From Chiloscyllium plagiosum (Eukaryota): a stretch of DNA of 64,000 nt. The stretch lies in contig NC_057736.1 of assembly GCF_004010195.1 (NCBI RefSeq), positions 22,338,831 to 22,402,830 of the forward strand, in the 5' to 3' direction. How positions within the stretch are numbered: the first letter of the stretch is position 1; each line of letters opens with the position of its first letter. Shown here one piece after another: positions 27,801 to 40,556 of this stretch. The notes under the pieces are model-generated. The model saw only the letters and a program-made list of their open reading frames with translations. It had not been told where the DNA came from and did no database searches. The translations under genes were made by a program, and so were the position numbers.

Positions 27801-28284
27801 TCAGTTCTTATTTCTTCTGACTTCTTCATTAAAAAAAAAATCAGTTCTGGTACGTCAGCATACTTTAAAATCTACCTACATTGAAAATAAAACCATTCTA
27901 GCTCCTTCCAATATAGAATAAATATTCTTAAATATAGTATCATGAGAGACTGAAATTTGCCTAAGTCATGAATGTCATCGAGAGGCATAACATTTGCTTA
28001 AGTAACTACGTACAGCTTCTTAAACAAAAACAGAAATCGCTGGACAAACTCAGCCGTTCTGACAGTATCTGCGCAGAGAAAGCAAACGGCCGAGTTTTTC
28101 CAGCAATTTCTATTTTGTTTCAGATTATCGTCATTCGCGGTTCTTTGCTTTATTTTACCACTACCTTCTGGACACGATAGGAAATAACCATGTCTTTAAA
28201 ACATGGTTATTTTTGGAGGAGGATGTAAAGCCATCACAAATTTTAGACTGAGACAAGCCTGAGAAGCGAAAGGCTCGGCCTTAC

Positions 28285-28740
28285 AGTGCTCTCGGGATTT
28301 GTAGTCCTGCAGAAATTTCACTTCTTCCCGGGAGCTGAAGACACAGCTTCCAGAAAACTACATTTCCCAGTGCGCATGCTCCACCCAAAGCGGTGCCGAC
28401 CCTTTAGTGCTCCAGCAACGCCTCAATATATCTCTATTTATAATAGTAGCAACGACGACGTCTACTGCGAAGCTGTAAGTTAAACGATTAAACTTAAAAA
28501 AAAAACCGGTCTATACGAGAAATCCATACTTGCTCAGCCACCGATAGAGACGATCACAAACAATACCGCATCCACCCTCCAACAACAGCTGGAGATGCGC
28601 ATGCCCGTTAGGGTCGGACCATCACGTGATCAATGATGGAATCGGCGTAGTGACATCAGATGGAGTGACGCAGAAATAGGTATATAAAGGACTGTGGCGG
28701 GTCCGGCGCATGCGCACCACCTCGGCGTCCGGCCGACAAC
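28285..28740. promoter_or_regulatory. CpG-rich bidirectional promoter shared by TMEM50A (-) and SNRPC (+)
   Basis: Two ZNF143-type ACTACA..TCCC motifs (about 28292-28305 minus, 28357-28370 plus), E-box TCACGTGA 28622-28629, CRE-like TGACATCA and TGACGCA, TATATAAA 28681-28688, NRF1 GCGCATGCGC 28706-28715. Candidate TMEM50A non-coding exon-1 donor (GTAAGG) at 28284. Confidence 0.75.
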
Positions 28741-29226
28741 ATGCCGAAGTATTATTGCGATTACTGCGATACTTACTTAACACACGACTCGCCGTCTGTC
28801 CGCAAAACCCACTGCGAGGGCCGCAAGCACAAGGAGAACGTCAAGGACTATTACCAGAAATGGATGGAAGAACAGGCCCAGAGCCTCATCGATAAGACCA
28901 CCGCCGCTTTCCGCCAAGGGAAGATCCCGCCCACCGCACCGTTTCCGGCGCCGGCCGGTCCTCCTCCCGGTGGGGCCGCTATCCCGCCGCCTCCCGGCAA
29001 TGTCGGTGTCCCACCGCCGCGGCCTGCCATCCTACCGGGGCCCCCGATGGGAGGGCCGCCCATGATGCCGATGATGGGCCCCGCGCCTCCCGGTATGATG
29101 CTAGTAGGTCACGGGATGAGGCCGCCTATCGGGGGCCCGATGCCCATGATGCCGGGGCCTATGATGGGGCCTCACCGGCCGATGATGGTGCCTTCCAGAC
29201 CTGGGGTGGTCCGCTCGGGAAGATAA
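28741..29226 (+). CDS. SNRPC: U1 snRNP protein C (U1-C), single-exon intact ORF, 161 aa
   Basis: [51 protein letters not shown]: matrin-type zinc finger followed by a Pro/Met/Gly-rich tail; no introns, stops or frameshifts. Confidence 0.95.
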   Translation: MPKYYCDYCDTYLTHDSPSVRKTHCEGRKHKENVKDYYQKWMEEQAQSLIDKTTAAFRQGKIPPTAPFPAPAGPPPGGAAIPPPPGNVGVPPPRPAILPGPPMGGPPMMPMMGPAPPGMMLVGHGMRPPIGGPMPMMPGPMMGPHRPMMVPSRPGVVRSGR

Positions 29227-29920
29227 GCAGTGATTTACATTGTGAGGTTTACTCAGTGCAACTTTTCATATTTTTCCCCCACCGAAGCAAAGGCCGCTGA
29301 AGGACAGCATCGGCGGTTGAAGATCAGATTTGTAAACTTCTTTTGTTTTAAGAAACTGCAGCAAGTCGCATGTCAGCCGCCATCTTCCCGGCCAACCACC
29401 AACCATGGTTAATGTGAGCGCGTTTCTAAATGACGAATCGTGATTCAAACTGAAATACTCTCTAGAAATCGCCATTTACATTCGGAAATGGCTGATACCC
29501 GTTTTCGAAAGCGTTTTGTTGATTCTGGCGTCCTCTAGATTGTGCAGGAAACATGGCCCAAGTTGCAATTTTTTTGACTGCCCCCAATCTATTTCACAGT
29601 TCAATGGCATTTTGTCTTTCTAAGTAATTTCAGTTCGAGTTCCTCCTCTGCCATTTATACTGTAATTCCTTTTTTTCTTTTACCAGTGTAAATTTTCCTA
29701 ACTTTCTAAAAGATCTCCAAACACACTGGTTGACTGTACAAGAAGCAGTGAGCCATTAACATTAGGTTAAATTGTAATTGGAATGTATTGTTTGTTCCTT
29801 GATCTTGGGTAATTGAACAGCCAACTGCAGATCTTAATTTGAAAATACTTATGTTGAACATGTTGCATTTATTTTGTAATCCTTAATTTAGTGTTTGAAA
29901 TATTACATTTTAAAAATTGT

Positions 29921-29926
29921 AATAAA
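29921..29926 (+). promoter_or_regulatory. Candidate SNRPC polyadenylation signal
   Basis: AATAAA followed by GT-rich sequence about 700 nt after the stop. Confidence 0.5.
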
Positions 29927-31478
29927 TGCTATATGTTGTATGATTTGTCGTCTGCATGTCTTTGGGAACTGCAGTTTCTAAGCCAACCGAAATAATTTTC
30001 ATCTTGTCCAGAAATAACTTGTAATTCATTTGTTCCAGTAGAAGTTATGCATTTCTGCTCTTTCTAAATACCTTCTCAGTGGAATGAAAGTGCCATGTTC
30101 TATTTGCAATTGTAGACTCAGTACAGGTATATTAGGATATCAAATATAATTTATAAGGGGTTAAGCTTCATTTCCATTAAAACTATGGACAATTACAGCT
30201 CCAGTGTAGCTGCACCAACAATTAACTTGAGTATTTGCAATACTTAAAGCTGTAAACTATAAAAATTGTCATAATTTGGTTGCACTGTACTGTATGTAGA
30301 TCAATATAGCGAATCAATTCGTTTCAACTTTGCCTACTTAATGTCTGCTTGCAGTATATGAAAGGTTTTACCATTTTGATTTTTCTTCAGTCTGGAATTT
30401 GAGTTGGAAACAACAATGGCTTACTGGCCATAAGTGAACTGCACTATACAGAAACACTCATTTGTGACCATTGTTGTTCCTAAAGACATGTACTGGTCTT
30501 TCTGAAATTTGTTTCAAAAATATTCTTAAATGTCTTTAAATTCATTTTTAATTAGAAATGAAGTGAAACATACAGCTACAGTAAGATTTTATTCCCAAAC
30601 AAACATTAGTTTAAACATTTCTTAATCATATAGGATCCTGATAAATGGTTACATGAAGAGTTTTATAGATAGCTAAGCAAGACAAAATTATACCTTGAGG
30701 CATTTCATTATTTAATCTGCAAAAAGTTAAACTAATCGCTTTTAATGGTGCTGATAAACTTAATAACAACCGAAACTGGAAAAGTAAAGAACAATGAATG
30801 TTTCATTTTATTAAAAAAAACTCCATTGTTCAGAAGTAACTTTTCAGCTTATGAATATTTAAATTACCCCTGTTCATCAGCCTGATGTGCACTTTGCCAT
30901 TTTGTTTGTCTTTTGATTTGATATAATTTCAAGACATCATAATACATTCTGCTGTTGTGAGGTCATATTGAAAACTGTTCAAATATTGAGTACCTTTGGG
31001 AGCAGAGAAACATCTGAGGTCAGATTCAAGGTTAAATTTAATTCAAGATTACACAATAAATTTAAATTGGGAATTACATACCCTTAGCTGGAGTGAAGAA
31101 GAATTCTGTTACAGCAGAGAACGTAACAGCCAGTTCAATTATTTGGGATTTCAACTATAAATGCCTAGTTTGTATAAAATACAACTGTTTTACAATTTGC
31201 AATGCATCATTTTTGTTAAATGATCAGAAAGTATGAAAACATGTTGTCCCACAAAGTCTAATCACAATGGAATGCTTATGATAGTAACACTGATATTAAA
31301 GAAAACACCCATCGATGGTTGACAATGGTAAAAGGGATTAGCCATTAAACAAAGAGATGGTGAAGATAATCCTCATTTCAAACTGGCTGAGTATGTAAAG
31401 TACTAGAGAACCACAGCCATGCTGTCAGTCACTGATTTTCTTACGTTCATCACAGTAGTAGCGTTAAAATTACTCTTT

Positions 31479-31582
31479 TCATCCTGACGAAATAAGGGTT
31501 TTAAATGCGACAACTATAGACAGAAAAATAACTCCCAGTAGACCAATGTATCCGTAGGAACCATTCATTCTTTTCTCTGGCA
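31479..31582 (-). CDS. MGST3: MGST3-like MAPEG gene, last coding exon (PEKRMNGSYGYIGLLGVIFLSIVVAFKTLISSG*)
   Basis: Acceptor cttcttcgcag; phase matches the previous exon; P.KR..G..G..GLLG MAPEG helix-4 pattern. Confidence 0.88.
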
Positions 31583-31735
31583 CTGCGAAGAAGCGGAGAT
31601 AACAGCTGAACAAAAGTACACAATCTGATATGGTTTCATTGAGATTGCTAATACTATACAGAAAAAAAAAGGCTTATACGGTCTATAAAGTATGCATACT
31701 GGACCATATAGACATAAGAGTTTCATTTTAGTGTC

Positions 31736-31835
31736 AAGATTAGAGTGGTGCTGGAAAAGCACAGCAGGTCAGGCACCATCCAAGGAGCACGAAAATTGAC
31801 GTTTTGGCCAAAATCCCATCATCAGGAATGAAGGG
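31736..31835 (-). mobile_element. Penelope-like terminal fragment (degenerate hammerhead)
   Basis: caagattagagtggtgctggaaaagcacagcagg..catcaggaatg, as at 26546-26650. Confidence 0.7.
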
Positions 31836-32822
31836 TGTCATGTAGTACTGTGAATTTTATAGCACCCTACCGCCGCCTCCTAATTTGCAGGCCACCGACA
31901 GATCAATGGCAATGGCTGGAAGGAACCAAAGAGTTCAGTGAAGTTTGGTAACTGTTTAGGGCCTAGAGAGAAAAACAGGCCGAGGGAGAGATGAGAAAAG
32001 CAAGTACAGTAGGAGAGAAAGAGAAAAGTGATATTTGTATAGGTACAAAAATGATCAGAAATGCAGAGTTTTGGAAATAACCAGTCAGCCAATGCTTGTG
32101 AAGAAATAAATGGTTGGTAACTTATCTGACATATCTGATAAGGTCACTTTCGCTAGATTGGGAAAGGGATTGAATCAACAAATATACCATCTGGAAAGTG
32201 GGATTAAATGAGATGTAATTGGCTTAAGGCATAAATAATAAAAGACTTAAGACAGAAATGCAGAGATAAAAATGTGCAAATAATGTGTCAAAAGACAGGA
32301 AATGCCATGTGAATGAAAATCTGAGACGAAACAAAGTGTTAGAACAAAAAATAAGGCCACAAGTAAAACAGGAAATTAATACAAAATGCAAGTCCTAGTA
32401 GAAATTGTAAATAGTTTTATGTAATTACGAAAAATGTAGGGACTTTTGAACAGCTTGAATCAAAGAAGATAGTGTGGAAAAGATGTCAAAACAGCAAGGT
32501 GTCAAGGAAGGTCTGCGAGGGGAATTGAAGGAGCATAAGTGATCTCTGAAAGGTGTTCAAGTGTGGAACCTTGCTGACTTGTAATGCTGGGGAAGGGAAG
32601 GGTACAAAAGAGACCAGAATCACCAAATGACAAGTCTGCTGCAGGGAATGGTAGTGCCAAGTTGTGTGTGACCCAGTGTATCATTGAAACAGGTGAGAAG
32701 CAAAAGCATGAAGGGATACATTTAAACGTGAGTTGTTCAGAGATTTTTAATGAGGAACTTCTGTATAATTAATGTTTTTTGAGAAGGTAACAAATGAAAA
32801 TAAATGCCTGTCTGAAAGCAAT

Positions 32823-33920
32823 GGGGGAAAGTGAGGACTGCAGAAGCTGGAGATCAGAGTCGAAAAGTGTGGCGCTAGGAATGCACAGCAGGTCAAGCAG
32901 CATCCGAAAAGCAGGAGAATCAATGTTTCAGGCATAAGCCCTTCATCAGGAATGTGGGGTGGAGGGGAAGGGAACGGAGAGATAAATAGGGTAGGAGTGG
33001 GGCTGAGGGGAAGGTAGCTGGGAAGGCGATAGGATGGATACAGGTGGGGGTCGTTAGTGATAGGTCGGAGGGGAGGGTGGAGCGGATCGGGGGGGTTGGT
33101 AGAAGAAAGATGGACAGGTAGGACAATTAAAGTGGACGGTGCCAAATTGGAGGGTTGGATTGGAGGTGAGGGGAAATGAGGAAACTGGTGAAATCCACTC
33201 CAGGCACCTCTTGCCGCTGCAAGAGGTGTAAAACCTGTTCCCCCATCTCCCCCATCACCTGTGTCCAAGACCCCAAAGAATCCTTCCACATCCATCAGAA
33301 ATTTTCCTGCACATCCAAACACCTCAGCTCCTGTGTCCTTTGCTTTCAATGGGGTCTCCTGTAAACAGGACGCCAACTCATGAAATGTTTCAGAGAACAT
33401 CTCTGGGACACATACACTTAACAGCTCCACCGCCCTGTGGCCGATCACTTCAACTGCCCCCCACCAGTCCACCAAGGACATGCAAGTCCTGCGCCTCCTC
33501 CATTGCCAAATCCAACCCACCTAACGCCTGGAGGAAGAATGCCTCATCTTCCACCTTGGGACCCTCCCACATACAACATCAATGTCAATTTCACCCATTT
33601 CCTCATCTCATCTCTCCCCCCACTTCATCTCAGATCCAACCCTCCAATTCGGCATCGCCGTCTTGAACTGTCCTACCTGTCCATCTTCCTTCCCACCTAT
33701 CCGCTCCAACCTCTCCTCCGACCTATACCAACATCTGTATCTACCTATCGCCTTCCCAGCTACCTTCTCTCCAGCCCCACCTCCATCCTCCTATTTATCT
33801 CTCAGCCCCCTTCCCTCCACCAAATTACTGATGAAGAACTTATGCCAGAAATGTCAATTCTCCTGCTTCTTGCATACTGACTGACCAGCTGTGCTTTTCC
33901 AGTGCCACACTTTACAACTA
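32823..33920. mobile_element. Penelope-like element with long inverted repeats and GIY-YIG remnant; 10-bp TSD
   Basis: About 330-bp inverted arms; internal CKRCKTC..FHIHQKFSCTS..C..C..GLL and FREHLWD..VADHF; TGAAAGCAAT at 32813-32822 and 33921-33930; hammerhead motif in each arm. Confidence 0.85.
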
Positions 33921-34404
33921 TGAAAGCAATAGTCAAGGTTCCACCAAAAGGAACTCTTAAAGGGGCAGCCAATAGCTTTGAATAGGGAAAGAATTTGTTA
34001 GGAAAGAGGAACAATGATCAGGAAACAATAAGTACGTATTCAAATCTCTAGAATTTGATCAGTTATTTTGTACAAAAATCACAAAACTAATAGGGACAAA
34101 AATTAATTGAAAATGCTAATAGAATGTTGGCCTTTATCTCAAGGTGGCTGGAAATCAAAGGGGTGAAAGTTATATTCCATATTTCGCACTTCAGACAAAC
34201 CTGTTTTGCACTGTGTTTGGACAATGCACCTCGGACAGTGTACACAGGATTTGTAGGAGCTGCAGTGTAGATTCAATTGAATGATACTGTGACTAAAAAT
34301 GATTACATTATGAAGGGACAGTGAATGGAATAGGCTTGCATTCTTGTGAATTTTGAAGATAATGGATTAATCTAATTGAGGCGTTTTAAGATGATCAAAG
34401 GATT

Positions 34405-35662
34405 TGTGTGGAGCTGCAGAAAATGGGGGAGATACTAAATGAATATTTTGCATCAGTATTTACTGTGGAAAAGGATATGGAAGCTATAGACTGTAGGGAA
34501 ATAGATGATGACATCTTGCAAAATGTCCATTTTACAGAGGAGGAAGTGCTGGATGTCTTGAAACGCATAACAGTGGGCAGATCCCCAGGACCTGATCAGG
34601 GGTACCCTAGAACTCTGTGGGAAGCTAGAGAAGTGATTGCTGGGCCTCTTGCTGAGATATTTGTATCATTGATAGTCACAGGTGAGGTGCTGGAAGACTG
34701 GAGTTTGGCTAACGTAGTGCCACTGTTTAAGAAGGATTATAAGGACAAGCCAGGGAACTATAGACCAGTGAGCCTGATCTCGGTGGTGGGCACGTTGTTG
34801 GAGGGAATCCTGAGGAACAGGATGTACATGTATTTGGAAAGGCAAGGACTGATTAGGGATAGTCAACATGGCTTTGTGCGTGGGAAATCATGTCTCACAA
34901 ACTTGATTGAGNNNNNNNNNNNNNNNNNNNNNNNNNNNNNNNNNNNNNNNNNNNNNNNNNNNNNNTCATTTACATAAATGATTTGGATGCGAGCATAAGA
35001 GGTACAGTTAGTAAGTTTGCAGATGACACCAAAGTTGGAGATGTAGTGGACAGTGAAGAGGGTTACCTCAGGAGTTAGGAGGTCATGTTGCAGCTGTACA
35101 AGACACTGGTTAGGCCACTGTTGAGAATATTGCATGCAATTCTGGTCTCCTTCCTATCAGAAAGATGTTGTGAAACTTGAAAGGGTTCAGAAAAGATTTA
35201 CAAGGATGTTGCCAGGGTTGGAGGATCTGAGCTACAGGGAGAGGCTGAACAGGCTGGGGCTGTTTTCCTGGAGCATTGGAGGCTTAGGGGTGACATTATA
35301 GAGGTTTACAAAATTATGAGGGGTATGGATAGGGTAAATAGGCAAAGTCTTTTCCCTGGGGTGGGGGAGTCCAGAACTAGAGGGCATAGGTATAGGGTGA
35401 GAGGGGAAAGATAGAAAAGAGACCTACAGGGCAACTTTTTCACACAGAAGGTGGTACGTGTATGGAATGAGCTGCCAGAGGAAGTGGTGGACGCTGGTAC
35501 AATTGCAACATTTAAGAGGCATTTGGATGGGTATATGAATAGGAAGGGTTTGGAGGGCTATGGGCCGGGTGCTGGCAGGTGGGACTAGATTGGGTTGGGA
35601 AATCTGGTCGGCGTGGACGGGTTGGACCAAACGGTCTGTTTCCATAGTGTACATCTCTATGA
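34405..35662 (+). mobile_element. CR1/HER1-like LINE fragment (RT) with assembly gap
   Basis: ILNEYFASVFT, SPGPD, ANVVPLFKK, PGNYRPVSL, QHGFVRGKSCLTNLIE, FADDTK and 3' UTR. Confidence 0.92.
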
Positions 35663-36487
35663 CTAATTGATGGGATAATAGAGATATTAGTTCCTCAGGT
35701 CTGGACTCCAAAACACAATGGTATAGGATTAAGATTAGAACTATGTCCTCGAGGAATGATGTCAGAAATGACTTCTTTACATAAAATATGCTGTGAATCT
35801 CACTGTTGAGGTGAGGTCAATTAAATTTCAGAACTAGTATAATTAATACCTTTGTCTAACAAAGCTTTAAAGGTTATGGAACCAAGGCAAGTAGATAGAG
35901 TTAAGGTATAAAATTGAATAAGATAACATTGAATTCAGCTACGGAATCGACTTACGGCAGAAACACCTACCCCTTTTGATTAGATTAGATTAGATTTTAT
36001 TCCCTACAGTATGGAAACAGACAACTTTAAATTTGAAGTGGTGATCCACTGGGAGGAATTTTCTGAGACTGAGAGCTTGAATCAACATCATTTCTCGGGC
36101 CTATCAAACTCCTCCCCACTCCCAGCAAAATTCCAGAGCAGCCAGTTGAGAGGCTGTCTTCTGGAATGCTGTTCAGTTAAGGTTGGTGAACTGGTTCCAG
36201 GGATGGCAGGCCTAATTGGAGTGCTTACAGCCCTGAAAGATGGCACTCCTACTGCCAGAGGTGGGCACAGCCAGTAAGAGAGAGGAGATTAGGCCACCTC
36301 CATCATGACGCACCATTTGAAAAGGTTTGATTTCAATTAACGGAAATCTGATTGCAGAGCAAGAGTTTCCCCACGACAGACTGGATGGGAGTGGTAGCAG
36401 CTGTGCCTCACTGATAGTATTGACTATGGCAGGAGATTAATACATGAGGCCCTGTGGACTAACTGCTAGCAAGTTGCCATGCTTGAC

Positions 36488-36935
36488 CCGTCTTATCAAA
36501 CCACAACAACCCGACGGTCGGAGGAGGAGCGTCTTATCTTCCGACTGGGAACCCTCCAACCGCAGGGGATGAACTTGGACTTCACCAGTTTCTTCATCCC
36601 CCCTCCCCCCACCTTGTCTCAGCCGGATCCTTCCAGCCCGGCACCGCCTTCCTGACCTGCAGTCTTCTTCTTGACCTCTCCGCCTCCACCCTACTCCGAC
36701 CTATCACCCTCACCTTGACCTCTTTCCACCTATCACATTTCCAACTCCCCTCCTCCAAGTCCCTCCTCCCTACCTTTTATCTTCTCCTGCTGAACACTCT
36801 CTGCTCATTCCTGAAGAAGGGCCTGTGCCCGAAACGTCGAATCTCCTGTTCCCTGGATGCTGCCTGACCTGCTGTGCTGTTCCAGCAATAAAGTTTCAAC
36901 TTTGATCTCCAGCATCTGCAGACCTCACTTTCTCC
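36488..36935 (+). mobile_element. Penelope-like element 3' part
   Basis: EEERLIFRLGTLQPQGMNLDF GIY-YIG C-terminus, pyrimidine-rich spacer, terminal repeat. Confidence 0.85.
36807..36842 (+). ncRNA. Minimal type-I hammerhead ribozyme motif, best-preserved family A copy
   Basis: ATTC-CTGAAGA-A-GGGC-ctgt-GCCC-GAAA-CGTC-GAAT: perfect stems I and II, predicted cleavage after GUC (36838). Confidence 0.8.
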
Positions 36936-38136
36936 ACATTAGGCAACCCATCTACTACTGGGAAGATCCTGGTGGCAGTCCCAAACAGCTCAGAAGTGGG
37001 CAGTTAATTATGGAATATTGACCACTCACTATGCATCTCAGAAATACCTCCCTGTCCTGACTCAAAACCTACCCAAAACACCTGGTAGATTCCACCCACT
37101 GGTTTGATTTGATTTATTATTGTTATGTACTGAGAAACAGTGCAAAGTATTGTTCTGTGTACTGTCCAGGCAAAACATACCTTACGAAAGTACATCATTG
37201 AGAGCCAGTGCAGGTGAGAGAGAACAGTGATCTTTGGGAAGCAGTTCATGATGCCAGTACTCTGTCCATAATCAGAGCTTTGGAAATTTTACAGAGAAAA
37301 GCTCACTAGGAAAAGCATTCTAATAGTTAACACTGGCGGTGACAAAGTCAGAAATGAGAGTTGAAGCTTCAGATGGATTGAATGTAGGTAAGTGCAGTTC
37401 CAGAAATGGAAATAGTTGTTCTTCACTGTCATTAAAGGCTTTTATTGGCTGTTAGCTCATCTGTGGTTGTTCATCAGCATTTATCAGTTTTCTAAAGCTA
37501 GCATCAAGAATGCTGAGGAAATAAAATAGACACATTTCAAATGGGTAGTATGATGGGAGACCTAGAAAAGGGGTGCTTGAGAGCAAGGGTCAAACTATCC
37601 CCCACCCTGTGGGCTCTTCCAGACGTTGTTCAATGACTACAGTTTTTGTTCTCTAATTTGTTCATTAAATGAGATGTAATCATGTAGTAACAATCGTGGA
37701 ATTAGAAAACTTCAATATCTTCAATTATCATCACTCAAACATTAAACTTAAAACTACAGAACACAAGAAAATGTTTTACTTCCTATATAATGACAACATT
37801 AGCATAAGATAACAGGCAAAAGTTAGCAACAAAAGCTTTTTAAAAAATCAAAACAGTTAACATACCCCATAAAAAAGCACTTTTAATTTGTAAAGAAATC
37901 ATTATCTCAATGTCTTCATGTTTCCACAGTTGCCAGTTAGCCAAATATTGCTTTGTTGACAGGTTTAAAGCTCTGTTCTCCTTCATAGTCACAGTGCCAT
38001 TTGTAGCTACCTACTTCTCACACCTCCCCTTTGAAGGCATTCACATTTCTTCCCAATTCCTCTTTGCAGCCATTTGCTTCTCCCCAGCCTTGCATTTTTC
38101 CTGTGGTCTCACCAAAACTTTGATCACCACAACTTA

Positions 38137-38431
38137 CCAGAGACCCGGGTTCAATTCCCGCCAGAGACCCGGGTTCAATTCCCGCCTCAGGCGACTGACT
38201 GTGTGGAGTTTGCACGTTCTCCCCGTGTCTGCGTGGGTTTCCTCCGGGTGCTTCGGTTTCCTCCCACAGTCACAAAGATGTGCAGGGCCAGGTGATACTA
38301 AATTGCCCGTAGTGTTAGGTAAGGGGTAAATGTAGGGGTATGGGTGGGTTTCGCTTTGGCGGGTCGGTGTGGACTTGTTGGGCCGAAGGGCCTGTTTCCA
38401 CACTGTAATGTAATCTAATCTAATCTAATCT
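38137..38431 (+). mobile_element. Young HE1-like V-SINE, 5'-truncated, with duplicated B-box segment
   Basis: ccagagacccgggttcaattcccg twice; CpG-intact V-domain; (AATCT)n tail. Confidence 0.88.
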
Positions 38432-39809
38432 TACCCTTTCACTGTTGCTTCAATGCAAGTGATCACATCTGTAGCAAGTAAGTAGTCTGTAACTTGATGG
38501 GCAGTTCTTTTCAAAATTTCTCAATTTCACATAAGGAGGGTGATTTTTCTCTGATTGGTCGCACACTGAGTTTTGGGTATTTTCAGCATTGCTTGCAAAA
38601 CCATAGATTCTGGGGTGTCAAGATGTTGATGAGACCAGAGACCTGGATCAGGAGATTTGCTTGTGAGGCCAAAGAACTGGAGGTGGAAGGGTTTGATAAT
38701 TATCAATGCAGTCAAAGAATTGCCCAACCTCCAACTATGCTCCTTGCAAAATTCCACTTGTCAATACTTCCCTCATGATTTACCTTTCAACCCCACTGAT
38801 GCTCTGCATGTTGCCCCACTCCACATTGTTCCCATCACACAAACATACACACCCCTTCCCTACCATTTCCACTCAGATCCTCTTTCCACACCCCTTTCTA
38901 AACACATTCAACATATCCTCAAGTCAACCTCACTCCTTTACCAATTCAGCAGCCCCATTTCCCATCTGTTATGCCTCTGGTCAAAAGTCTTCTCACCAAT
39001 CTGGTGCCCCATCACCAATTCAGTAGCCCCTCTGCACTATATCCCCCACACATCCCCAGCACTGCTGCTAGCTCTTCTTGAGTTGCACGCCTGCTTGGTC
39101 CTACTGCTGCCCACCCATAGATCCCTGCACATTTAGCAACATTTTAGCCCCCTTTCAGATTCAAAGGCATGGTACAAGCCAGTCAATCCTCCTTGTGGCT
39201 GAGTGAGCAGCATAAAGTGCAGCATATCCACCACCCCACCACCCACATGTACAGCCACTAAAAATATTTGGACAGAAGCAAAAGGAAACTGCCCATAAGT
39301 TTTCCCAGTTGCTACCGAGAAATATGAGACAAATGAAATCCCGGAAAGCAAACACATAGGACTTGGGCAAAAGCATAAAACTGCAGGTCACCTGGTTAGA
39401 ATATTTGTATCATTATGTAATGAGGCACTTAACCAAGAGAATTCTACATAAACTAAAAGGATGTTATGTGTTTTGATTGAGAGAAACAACTCCTGCTTTT
39501 CTGTTATTGAACTTGTTATTTTGCATTCTGGTTTGTCTAATTTGGTATTGCCTGCCTCCACTACAAAAAATAGGGTCAGAAATTTAATATTTTGTTACTG
39601 CATTGGAAAGGTTACCCTTCAGAAGAGAGATTAAACTCAGGTACAGTTTGCATGTTTTGGTGAAATAAGATCAACTAGCTGCTCATCTAATTTCTGTTGT
39701 GAAAATACTAGATGCACTTACACTGAACCATACAATTATTTATCACCAATGGAGGAAATTGATACTTTTCTGAAGGACACTCGAGTTATTATTATCTATA
39801 GAATCCATC

Positions 39810-40137
39810 TACCAGGCCTGCTGTCAAGGAAAGGCCGCCAGCATTCTCAAAGAGCCATCCCACCCTTTTAATGTTTTTCCACAACCTCTACCATCAGGGA
39901 GAAGGTACAGAAGCCTAAACACATACACCAGCCAGTTTCAAAACAGTTTCTACCCTATTATTGTTGGAATACTGAATGGACTCACATTCACCTGTACCTG
40001 TGTTTTTGTTTTTGCCGCTATTTACCTATTATTTACTTATCTATGCTACTTAACTATGTGATCTGCCTGTATTGCTTGCAAGACAACGCTTTTCACTGTG
40101 CCTTGGTACACGTGACAATAAATTCAATTCAATTCAA
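39810..40137 (+). mobile_element. Rex1/Babar-like LINE 3' end
   Basis: KAASILKEPSHP..F.QPLPSGRRYRSL..T..F.NSFYP-like remnant; tail aataaa(ttcaa)n. Confidence 0.6.
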
Positions 40138-40483
40138 TATAATTCAAAGTACTGCAGAAAGGGTAGAAGCAACAGATTCGATAATAGAATTCAAAAGATA
40201 ATTGATTTAAGTACATGAAAAGAAGCTATGACAGGGTTCTGTGGAAAGAGAAAGTGAGTGCAGTAAATTGAATAACTCAACAAAAAGTTAGCACAATGGA
40301 CCAAATAGGCTCCTTCTGTGCTGTATCATTCTGTGAGGAGATACATTATCCTCAAAGTGAATCCTTCTCTCCCACTAATCCTATGGTACACATGATACTT
40401 TAAAATAACATTGTTAAATACAATGAGATGCATTTGTTTTCTTCAGTAAATACAAAGAGTAAAAAGGGAATTTGAATACACAC

Positions 40484-40556
40484 CTCCTGAGTAATATCCC
40501 CACGCATATGTAAATCGACTGGTTACCCAGATGATGCCAAGCAAAGAAGCAGTGAT
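40484..40556 (-). CDS. MGST3: MGST3-like exon 3 (ITASLLGIIWVTSRFTYAWGYYSG)
   Basis: 73-nt exon with AG/GT ends; G..W...R..YA.GYY MAPEG motif. Confidence 0.9.

Noticed and set aside
28741-29226. SNRPC copy as a dead processed pseudogene
   Set aside because: The ORF is complete, zinc ligands and CpGs are intact, and promoter and poly(A) signals are present, although expression cannot be proven from sequence alone.
32747-33520. 257-aa minus-strand ORF
   Set aside because: Chance open frame across a Penelope-like element; no coherent domain.
38657-39136. 159-aa ORF in a pyrimidine-rich region
   Set aside because: No ATG-anchored domain or splice context; probably decayed repeat sequence in an MGST3-like intron.
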